Below the pieces are notes generated by a model. That model ran no database searches, was not told where the DNA came from, and saw only the letters and a program-made list of their open reading frames with translations. From positions 483,160 to 547,159 of the forward strand of contig CBDCGC010000002.1 of assembly GCA_965216585.1 (NCBI GenBank): a DNA stretch of 64,000 bases. Direction: 5' to 3'. A program made the translations under genes and the position numbers. The stretch comes from an uncultured Candidatus Binatia bacterium (GTDB lineage: Bacteria > Desulfobacterota > Binatia > HRBIN30 > CADEER01). Positions 46,217 to 53,736 of the stretch are shown piece after piece (the first letter of the stretch is position 1; the number at the start of each line of letters is the position of its first letter).

Positions 46217-48391
46217 ATGGCGTACAAGGCTTTGCTTGCTACATCGCTGTGGACGCTCAGCCTTCTCGGCGAGCCGCTGCTGGCCCACCCGGTGAGCGGG
46301 AATCTGGCGAGCAACTGTCGCATCGTGGCGACCAACTCGAGTATCAGCGTCTATTTGGACGTCGACAACACCACAGAACAGCAAGCCAAGAACCTCACCG
46401 CGGGCCTGCTCGATGGAACTAATATCGGCGACGCCTCGGTTTTCATCAACGTCACTCCAGGTCGACAGACCATCTTGCCCGGCAAGCGCAAGACCTTTCG
46501 CTGGCGTGGCGAGATTTTCGGCAACGGATTTCTCGATCTGACCGTCAGTGTCACCGGCACCTGGGACGACGGGGATCCGGCGACGACGGGTTTGGTGAAC
46601 TGCCCGCGACTGACGGTCGGCGATCCGGCCAGCCTGACGCCGCCGCCGACCAACACGGAGGCGATCCAGCCGACCTTCGGCTCGCAGCCGACGGCGACAC
46701 CGAGTCGCCGCGACCGGCGCGACACGCCGGTGCCGGTCACCCGCGCACCGACCAACACGCGGCGGCCGACGCGCACACCGATTCCGCCGCGACCGACGCG
46801 CACGCGCATCCCGACCAGCACGCGGCGGCCGCCGAGCACACCGATCGAACGCGATACTCCTGGTGACAACCGGCCGACGCGCACTCCCGACATCGGCGGT
46901 GAGCCGACACCGGAACGCCGCGTTCGACCGACCCGCACACCGATCGTCGGCCGCGCGACGCGCACGCCGATTGGCGGGAGGGCGACCCGTACACCGGTGC
47001 CGCAGCGGCCGACCCGCACGCCGATCCAGCTGCGGCCGACGCGCACGCCGCGCGGCGCCAACGTGCTGCCGACCGTGCCGCGCGAAGGGCAGGTTCCGGC
47101 CGAGGTGGTCGGCCGTCTGACCGCCAACTGCAGCCTGCGCCAGACCAACGATCAGATTGCCGTTCGCATGGTCGTGCAAAACACCACCGCCGTCATGGTC
47201 ACCGATCTCGCCGCCAGCTTTCTCGACCTGACGCCGGAGGGCGGTGCGCTCTTCTTCGACCCGACCGGGCCGAGTCCGCGTTCGTACGGCATCTTCGCAC
47301 CGGGCGACAGCGTCGTCTTCGAGTGGGGCGGCCGTATGAACGACGTCGGCGTCATCGGTTTCGCAGCATCCGTCGCCGGTACGTCGCCGGGCGGCAACCC
47401 GGTCATCAGCGGACTCATCGACTGCGGTTTTGGCTCGGGGCCGAACGGCTCCTTCGACAGCTCGCTGTTCACCGGTTCGTGTAGCATCCGCACCGGCCGC
47501 GGCGGCGCCGTCACGCTGCTCATCAACAACCGCAGCGGCGAGCCGATGTCCGAAATCGATCCGCGCTTGATCGACACCTCGTCGACCGGCACGGCGCAGG
47601 TCAATAGCCTGCGCGGTCCGGCGCCGCGGCGCCTGCGCCGGCTCGCCGGCGGTCAAACCCAGGAGTTTCTCTGGGAAGCCGATGTCCTCGGCAGCGGCAA
47701 CGTGAGCATGACGTTCCAGGCCGATGGCACGGTCGAGAGCGGTGACCGCATCAGCACGCCGACGATCACCTGCTCGACCGAGCTGGCGGCCACCGGCGGC
47801 TTGCCCGATCTCTCTGTCGACGAGCTCGATCAGCGCGGCTCCTGGGTCGTCGAAGAGCAGTTCTTCGGCCCCGGTCACTGCGCTCTCTTCGAAGGCTGTG
47901 TCGGCGGCAGCGGGGTGCGCCGGCTGCTCAAGTTCAACACGACGACACCCAACCACGGCCCCGGCGACCTCTTCCTCGGCGATCCGACCAACAATCCGGA
48001 GTTCATCTTCTCCGAGTGCCACCAGCACTTCCACTTCGAGGATTACGCCATCTATCGCCTGCTCGACATGAACGGCAATCAGGTGGCGCAGGGGCACAAG
48101 CAGGCCTTCTGCCTGGTCGACCTGTGGCGCCCGCCGGGCTCCAACGGTGCCCGCAACCCGGGCTTCCCCGACTGCGGTTTTCAGGGCATCAGCGCCGGCT
48201 GGGCCGACGTCTACCACCGCGATCTGGACTGCCAGTGGATCGACATCACCAACGTCCCGGACGGCCGCTACATCCTCGAGGTCCACATCAACCCGGCCCG
48301 GGTGGTGCAGGAATCGAACTACGCGAACAACATCGCGCGCAACGAGGTGTGCATCGGCATCCCAGAGGACGACGGCTGTGCGCGATTCTGA
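46217..48391 (+). CDS. Secreted lysyl oxidase (LOX) family protein: signal peptide, three Cys-bracketed ~110-aa domains, PTRTP-rich linker, C-terminal LOX catalytic domain
   Basis: C-terminal ~170 aa: CHQHFH (48016-48033), GHKQAFCLVD (Lys 48097-48099), VYHRDLDCQWIDITNV (Tyr 48212-48214), ILEVHINP...ESNYANNIARN. These align with animal LOX WEWHSCHQHYH / GHKASFCLED / TYGADIDCQWIDITDV / ILKVSVNP...ESDYTNNVVRC. Start taken at MAYKALLATSLWTLSLL (signal peptide). Confidence 0.8.
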   Translation: MAYKALLATSLWTLSLLGEPLLAHPVSGNLASNCRIVATNSSISVYLDVDNTTEQQAKNLTAGLLDGTNIGDASVFINVTPGRQTILPGKRKTFRWRGEIFGNGFLDLTVSVTGTWDDGDPATTGLVNCPRLTVGDPASLTPPPTNTEAIQPTFGSQPTATPSRRDRRDTPVPVTRAPTNTRRPTRTPIPPRPTRTRIPTSTRRPPSTPIERDTPGDNRPTRTPDIGGEPTPERRVRPTRTPIVGRATRTPIGGRATRTPVPQRPTRTPIQLRPTRTPRGANVLPTVPREGQVPAEVVGRLTANCSLRQTNDQIAVRMVVQNTTAVMVTDLAASFLDLTPEGGALFFDPTGPSPRSYGIFAPGDSVVFEWGGRMNDVGVIGFAASVAGTSPGGNPVISGLIDCGFGSGPNGSFDSSLFTGSCSIRTGRGGAVTLLINNRSGEPMSEIDPRLIDTSSTGTAQVNSLRGPAPRRLRRLAGGQTQEFLWEADVLGSGNVSMTFQADGTVESGDRISTPTITCSTELAATGGLPDLSVDELDQRGSWVVEEQFFGPGHCALFEGCVGGSGVRRLLKFNTTTPNHGPGDLFLGDPTNNPEFIFSECHQHFHFEDYAIYRLLDMNGNQVAQGHKQAFCLVDLWRPPGSNGARNPGFPDCGFQGISAGWADVYHRDLDCQWIDITNVPDGRYILEVHINPARVVQESNYANNIARNEVCIGIPEDDGCARF

Positions 48392-48568
48392 GAAAATACA
48401 CAAATCCGCAGAATTCGGGAGAAAGTTCTTGACTGCGGGAGTGAAAATTGAGTAGTTTGCGACCATCGTTCTATAGTATCGGAATTGGGGGACTAGAGAT
48501 CTTGCGAAAAACTGCTGACATTTTCGAAACTTACGGGAATTCAGCGGCGATTTGCAGGTTCCTAGATC

Positions 48569-48576
48569 AAGGAGGA
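48569..48576 (+). promoter_or_regulatory. Shine-Dalgarno AAGGAGGA, 8 nt upstream of the ATG at 48585
   Basis: Strong consensus RBS within a 190-bp lower-GC intergenic region. Confidence 0.6.
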
Positions 48577-48584
48577 CAGCTCAT

Positions 48585-50105
48585 ATGACGAAACTGCGAT
48601 TGGCTCAGGTCACGCTTTTGAGCGTGGCCATCGCGGTATTCACCGTGGGGAGTGCGGGGGCGCAAGCAGTCCGCACGCGGAAACCCACCAAGACACCACG
48701 TCCGACTCGCACGCAGATCGTAGATCAGGCGAGGACGCGCAAGCCGACCAAGACGTCGCGGCCTACCCGCACGCAAGTGATCGACCAGGCGCGCACCCGC
48801 AAGCCGACCAAGACCTCGCGGCCGACTCGCACGCAGATCGTCAAAGATCTGCGCACGCGCAAGCCGACCAAGACCTCGCGGCCGACTCGCACGCCGATCG
48901 TCAAAGATCTGCGCACCCGCAAGCCGACCAAGACCTCGCGGCCGACCCGTACGCCGATCGTCAAAGATCTGCGCACGCGCAAGCCGACCAAGACCTCGCG
49001 GCCAACTCGTACGCCGATCATCAAGGACGTGCGCACGCGCAAGCCAACCAAGACCTCGCGGCCGACCCGTACGCCGCTGAGTGTCGAGGTGAGGACGCGC
49101 AAGCCGACCAAGACGCAACGGCCGACTCGCACGCCGATTCTCAAAGAGGTGAGGACGCGCAAGCCGACCAAGACCTCGCGGCCGACCCGCACGCCGATCA
49201 GCTTGGATGTACGCACGCGCAAGCCGACCAAGACACAGCGGCCGACCCGTACGCCGATCGTCAAAGATGTGCGCACGCGCAAGCCGACCAAGACGCAGCG
49301 GCCGACTCGTACGCCGATCATCAAAGACGTGCGCACGCGCAAGCCGACCAAGACGATGCGTCCGACTCGTACGCCGATCTCAAACGAGATCCGCACGCGC
49401 AAGCCGACCAAGACCTTGCGGCCGACCCGTACGCCGATTCTCAAAGAGGTGAGGACGCGCAAGCCGACCAAGACCTTGCGGCCGACCCGTACGCCGGTCT
49501 CGAACGAGATTCGCACACGCAAGCCGACCAAGACACTGCGGCCGACTCGTACGCCTTTCATCAAGAACGAGAGAACGCGCAAGCCGACCAAGACCCTGCG
49601 GCCGACTCGTACGCCAGTTTCGAACGAAGCCCGCACGCGCAAGCCGACCAAGACCCTGCGGCCGACCCGTACGCCTGCACCTCTCGAGGCCCGCACGCGC
49701 AAACCGACCAAGACCCTGCGGCCGACTCGCACGCCGGTTCCCGAGGAAGCGCCTGAGGCGTTCGATCCTAGCGACGTGACTGCTCGGTGCTATGCCAGCA
49801 ACAAGGGTGGTCCCGACGGCAAGAAGGATCTCGTCCGCATCCTGATGCAGGTGTCAAACCGCTCTGGCGCGGCCGTCCGAGTTAGCGCCGGTGGAATCGA
49901 CATCAGTGGCTCTGGCAACTATGAGCCAGTTACTGGCGCGGCAGGGAATTCAAAACCCGTCAGAAGCTCGGTGGTCCTCTCTTGGACAATTCGAGTTCGC
50001 GGAACGCTCAGCGTGACGGCTACTGCGAATGCATCGGGCCCGAATGGCGAGCAGATTCCGTTGTCAGCCGACTGCGGGAGTGTGACAGGAGCACCTGCTC
50101 TCTAA
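48585..50105 (+). CDS. Secreted Lys/Arg/Thr/Pro-rich tandem-repeat protein: 18 x 20-aa repeats RTRKPTKTxRPTRTPIxKDV plus a C-terminal Cys-bracketed ~110-aa domain
   Basis: Signal peptide MTKLRLAQVTLLSVAIAVFTVGSAGAQA. Repeats have perfect 60-nt periodicity. C-terminal domain resembles the Cys-bracketed domains of the upstream LOX protein. Confidence 0.75.
   Translation: MTKLRLAQVTLLSVAIAVFTVGSAGAQAVRTRKPTKTPRPTRTQIVDQARTRKPTKTSRPTRTQVIDQARTRKPTKTSRPTRTQIVKDLRTRKPTKTSRPTRTPIVKDLRTRKPTKTSRPTRTPIVKDLRTRKPTKTSRPTRTPIIKDVRTRKPTKTSRPTRTPLSVEVRTRKPTKTQRPTRTPILKEVRTRKPTKTSRPTRTPISLDVRTRKPTKTQRPTRTPIVKDVRTRKPTKTQRPTRTPIIKDVRTRKPTKTMRPTRTPISNEIRTRKPTKTLRPTRTPILKEVRTRKPTKTLRPTRTPVSNEIRTRKPTKTLRPTRTPFIKNERTRKPTKTLRPTRTPVSNEARTRKPTKTLRPTRTPAPLEARTRKPTKTLRPTRTPVPEEAPEAFDPSDVTARCYASNKGGPDGKKDLVRILMQVSNRSGAAVRVSAGGIDISGSGNYEPVTGAAGNSKPVRSSVVLSWTIRVRGTLSVTATANASGPNGEQIPLSADCGSVTGAPAL
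48669..49748 (+). repeat. 18 tandem copies of a 60-bp coding repeat
   Basis: Unit approx cgcacgcgcaagccgaccaagacctcgcggccgac(c/t)cg(c/t)acgccgatcgtcaaagatctg, with third-position and C-terminal codon variation. Confidence 0.9.
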
Positions 50106-50143
50106 AGCGGACTGTTCGAGCTGCCTTCCTTGAGAAGGGTGAA

Positions 50144-50178
50144 AGGGTCAGGCCTTCCGGGTCTGGCCCTTTCTTTTT
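50144..50178 (+). terminator. Putative intrinsic terminator after the repeat-protein gene
   Basis: agggtcaggcc-ttccg-ggtctggccct forms an 11-bp stem (2 G-U pairs) with a 5-nt loop, followed by TTCTTTTT. Confidence 0.45.
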
Positions 50179-50284
50179 GTGGCAGCAGTCGTTCAGAGCA
50201 CGGGCGGGCTTTGTCGACGCCTTCGCTTCTCTTTGTTTCACGCCTTTGTTATCTTCATCGTCAAACTCCAGGCGGGAGCACTCG

Positions 50285-51781
50285 ATGCGCGTACGAATTC
50301 TCGGGCTTTACTCTCTAATTGCGTTTCTCCTGCTGGCGGCGAGCGCGGTGGCGCAGACGCCCAGCGTGACGCCCACCCCGGGGGGCGACTGTTGCTCGAT
50401 TCACCCCGGGCCGAGCTGCGACATTCCGGCTTGTGCGGCCTGTGTCTGCGAAGACCAGGAAGAGCCTCTGTGCTGTGTCGACGGCAGTCCGGAGGGCTGG
50501 GATCGCATCTGTCTCGCCTTTGCCGAGAGTGACGACTGTGCCGAGGTCTGTTTGTGCGGCGAGCCGCCGACGCCGACGCCGACGCCGGGTGGTGACTGCT
50601 GCTTGCCGCACGCCGGTAGCCGCTGCGACGACGAAGCGTGTACGACCTGCGTCTGCGACCGCGACAGCAACTGCTGCACGGGACCTTGGGACGCGTTCTG
50701 CGTCGAGTCGGCGCGTACGGTCGACGAGTGCGCGGGCGAGTGCTCGGATTGTATGCCGCTGCCGACCATCCCGCCGCTGGCGACGCCGACGCCCGGACCT
50801 TGTTGCGAAGGCCGCGATCTCAATCCCGGTTGCGATGAGAGTATGTGCGAGAGCTGCGTCTGCGCCGTCGACGCAAACTGCTGCCTCGACACCTGGGACG
50901 AGCTCTGCGCCGTCATCGCGGTCGAGGAGTGCGCCATCGATTGCGTCTGCGTCGAGGACGGCGACTGCTGTAGCGGACACGACGGTTTTGGTTGCAATGA
51001 CCGGCGTTGTCAGGAGTGTGTCATCGCCCTCGATCCGGAATGTGGCGAGCAGTGGGACGACGACTGCGCATCGGAGGCGCGGCTCGAGTGCGCGCTCGAC
51101 TGCACCTGTGGCGATTGCTGCGCCGAGAATCCGGACGAGGTACCGGGCTGCGGCGTCAAACCCTGCCAAGACTGCGTTTGCGAGATCGACGAGGAGTGCT
51201 GCACGGAGCTGTGGGATGCGCAATGCGACTCGATCGCTCGCGATGAATGCTCGCTCGACTGTCCGTGCTTGAACTGCTGCGAGGAACAGGTGGTTCCGGG
51301 CTGCGGTGAGAAGGAGTGTCAGACCTGTGTCTGCGCCCTCGATGCGAATTGCTGCGATGAAGTATGGGACGGCATCTGTGCCGCCCGCGCCGTCGAAGAG
51401 TGCGACCGCCGCTGCGAGTGCGAGGCCGGCAGCAACTGTTGTATCGCCCGGCCGACCGAGACGGGTTGCGACGAAAGCGCCTGCGAAGCGTGTGTCTGCG
51501 GCGTCGACGATTTCTGCTGCACCGACCTGTGGGATTCCACCTGCTCGGACGAGATCACCGTCAACGAGTGCGCCGCCGAATGCTCATGTGATCCTGGGAG
51601 CTGTGTCGGCGATTGCGATGGCGACGGCGAAGTCTCGATCGGTTCGCTCATCCGCTGCGTCGGCGTCGCCCTCGGCAACTCTCCGGTCAGCGAGTGCCGC
51701 GCCTGCGATGCCGATGGAGACGGCGAGGTCTCGATCGGCGAGCTCATCCAGGCCGTCGGCAACGCCCTCGAGGGCTGCTGA
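50285..51781 (+). CDS. Secreted Cys-rich repeat protein: 7 x ~52-aa 10-Cys repeats plus C-terminal dockerin-like pair
   Basis: Signal peptide MRVRILGLYSLIAFLLLAASAVA. Repeat pattern CC-x6-8-GC-x3-C-x2-CVC-x4-CC-x3-WD-x2-C-x8-EC-x3-C-x-C. PTPTPG linkers. C-terminal CVGDCDGDGEVSIGSLIRCVGVALG...CDADGDGEVSIGELIQAVGNALEGC. Confidence 0.7.
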   Translation: MRVRILGLYSLIAFLLLAASAVAQTPSVTPTPGGDCCSIHPGPSCDIPACAACVCEDQEEPLCCVDGSPEGWDRICLAFAESDDCAEVCLCGEPPTPTPTPGGDCCLPHAGSRCDDEACTTCVCDRDSNCCTGPWDAFCVESARTVDECAGECSDCMPLPTIPPLATPTPGPCCEGRDLNPGCDESMCESCVCAVDANCCLDTWDELCAVIAVEECAIDCVCVEDGDCCSGHDGFGCNDRRCQECVIALDPECGEQWDDDCASEARLECALDCTCGDCCAENPDEVPGCGVKPCQDCVCEIDEECCTELWDAQCDSIARDECSLDCPCLNCCEEQVVPGCGEKECQTCVCALDANCCDEVWDGICAARAVEECDRRCECEAGSNCCIARPTETGCDESACEACVCGVDDFCCTDLWDSTCSDEITVNECAAECSCDPGSCVGDCDGDGEVSIGSLIRCVGVALGNSPVSECRACDADGDGEVSIGELIQAVGNALEGC

Positions 51782-51826
51782 GACTCGCTGCGCTCGTAGG
51801 CTCAGGCGCCGGCTGAGGCGTAGGCA

Positions 51827-52174
51827 AAGGGTGGTGTCGCGCCGCGAGACGTTCGAGGGTTCACCGCCGCAATCCAGATAGCCGGGTTAGCCGATCCCAG
51901 CCCGGTTCACCGGGCTTTCTTCCCTCAGCCGTGGGCTTCAGCCCTCGGCTGTTTGCACGCACACATTCACTCGTTTCCCACCCGCCGCCGAGCGCTGAAG
52001 CGCCCGGCTCAAATCGTCAAAGCCCCTGCGGGGCTGAAACGAAGGGTGGTGTCGCGCCGTCGGGCCGCGAGACGCTCGAGGTTTCACCGCCGCAATCCAG
52101 ATAGCCGGTAGCCGATCCCAGCCCGGTTCACCGGGCTTTCTTCCCTCAGCCGTGGGCTTCAGCCCTCGGCTGTT
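51827..52174. repeat. Two ~127-132-bp direct repeats (51827-51953, 52043-52174) in a convergent intergenic region
   Basis: aagggtggtgtcgcgccg...ttcaccgccgcaatccagatagccgg..cccggttcaccgggctttcttccctcagccgtgggcttcagccctcggctgttt. Contains the cccggttcaccggg palindrome. Confidence 0.7.
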
Positions 52175-52175
52175 T

Positions 52176-52485
52176 GTCCGTACACGTCTCCGCCCGCCGC
52201 TGCGAATGCGGAGGCTCCGCTCTATTGGCCGGCGGTTGTCCGTACACGTCTCCGCCCGCCGCTGCGAATGCGGAGGCTCCGCTCTATTGGCCGGCGGTCG
52301 TCCGTACACGTCTCCGCCCGCCGCTGCGAATGCGCAGGCGCCGCTCTATTGGCCGGCGGTTGCTCGCACACATCTCCGCCGGCCGCTACGAGGACGGAGA
52401 CCCCGCGCTCTGGGCCGGCGTTCGCGCACGTCTCCGCCCCCGGCTCCGTGTGCTAGGCCGCGCGCTATTGGCCGGTGGCGGCGTC
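52176..52485. repeat. ~5 tandem copies of a 62-bp hairpin-containing repeat
   Basis: gtccgtacacgtctccgcccgccgctgcgaatgcggaggctccgctctattggccggcggtt, with stem CTCCGC...GCGGAG. The last copy abuts or overlaps the 3' end of the minus-strand gene ending at 52465. Confidence 0.7.
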
Positions 52486-53451
52486 GAGTGCTTCGGGGGA
52501 GGGGACTCGGCCCTCGCGCCGCATCTTGAAGATCAGATCGGCAACGCGCGTCGCCACCTCGAGCTTGGCCGCTAGATCTACGTTGCGCTGGTGCTCGGCG
52601 TCGAGGGTCGACTGTAGGGCGAGGTTCTCGGTTTCGAGATCGCGGACGCGATCGGTCAGCCCACCGCCCTCCGCCCCTTGCAGGTTTGCGATGGTCGAGC
52701 GCAGCTCGGCTTCGCGCTTGCGACTGGCCTCGAGATCCTGCTGGATGGCCGCCATCAAGCGGCGCTGGTCTTCCTGCAGCTCGGCGACCTCGACCGGCAC
52801 CGCCGCCTCGACGACCGCGGGCTGTTGATCGAGGCGCACCTTGAGCTCGGCGTAGCGCTGCTCGAGATCGTCGCGCTCGCCGCGCTCGCGCTGGAGTTGC
52901 TGCCGCAGTTGCTCGATTTCTCCGCGCGCCTCCTCCAGGGCGGTCGCCGTCGCGGCGTCGAAGGGTCCGCTCGAGGTCTCCTCGCGCATGCGCGCCAACT
53001 GATCCTCGGCGGCGACGCGCCGGCTTCGTTCACTCGCCAGCTCGGTCTCGAGACGGGCGATCTGCGGCACCGGGTCGGCTTGGCCCGATTGGGCAGCGAG
53101 GGCCGCCTCGGTCGCGGCGCGAGCCTCGGACAGCTCGGCGCGCAGCGACTCGTTTTCGTTGCGCGCCTGAGAGAGAGCTGTGCTGAGCTCGCGCTCGCGT
53201 GCCTGCAGAGCGCTGACGGCCTCGGCCGCACCAGCGCCGGCGCCGCCACTGGACAGTTGTGTCTCGAGCTCGCGAATACGGCGTTGGGCGCGCGAAAGTT
53301 GCATGCGGATCGAGCGCACCCGGCCGCGGCCCATGCCACCTCTCAACACTGGCCCCGAGCCCGCCGACCGCTCGGCCACCGTGCAGGCGGACGTGAGGGT
53401 CAGAGGAATCAGCAGAAGCCAGGGTGTGAAAAACGCTCCACGTGTCTTCAT
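52465..53451 (-). CDS. Coiled-coil lipoprotein (hypothetical)
   Basis: Start MKTRGAFFTPWLLLIPLTLTSAC (lipobox). Remainder is heptad-rich (ELETQLS..., LRAELSEARAATEAAL...). N-terminal extension of the ORF runs across the REP array and is rejected. Confidence 0.55.
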   Translation of the reverse strand: MKTRGAFFTPWLLLIPLTLTSACTVAERSAGSGPVLRGGMGRGRVRSIRMQLSRAQRRIRELETQLSSGGAGAGAAEAVSALQARERELSTALSQARNENESLRAELSEARAATEAALAAQSGQADPVPQIARLETELASERSRRVAAEDQLARMREETSSGPFDAATATALEEARGEIEQLRQQLQRERGERDDLEQRYAELKVRLDQQPAVVEAAVPVEVAELQEDQRRLMAAIQQDLEASRKREAELRSTIANLQGAEGGGLTDRVRDLETENLALQSTLDAEHQRNVDLAAKLEVATRVADLIFKMRREGRVPSPEALDAATGQ

Positions 53452-53517
53452 CAGCGTCAACCCCAACGTTTTCCGGGAGGGTAACGGCTTCGACCTGGCT
53501 TGTCCACGGGAAAGAAT

Positions 53518-53648
53518 GGGAGGGCGAGTCGCCTGACGAGCCGCCGGTCCCCCGACCCCAGCGGGAGGGCGAGTCGCCTGACGAGCCGCCGGTCCCCCGA
53601 CCCCAGCGGGAGGGCGAGTCGCCTGACGAGCCGCCGGTCCCCCAGAGC
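53518..53648. repeat. REP array, 3 x 46 bp, upstream of the RAYT gene
   Basis: gggagggcgagtcgcctgacgagccgccggtcccccgaccccagcg x2 plus a truncated third copy. Core GGCGAGTCGCC is near-palindromic. Confidence 0.8.
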
Positions 53649-53736
53649 CGTCGACCACCCCGGAACCATCACAACATCGAATGTCAACTCCCCATGCCGC
53701 CAGCGCAATCCGACCGGCACGCGTACCCTGACCCAC

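Noticed and set aside
46082-48466. 794-aa ORF on - strand opposite the LOX gene
   Set aside because: No recognisable motifs. The + strand frame carries signal peptide, repeats and the LOX domain.
53500-53736. N-terminal 79 aa of the ORF containing the RAYT (MSTGKNGRASRLTSRRSPDPSG...)
   Set aside because: Translation of the upstream REP array (triplicated peptide). RAYT start set to the internal ATG at 53737.
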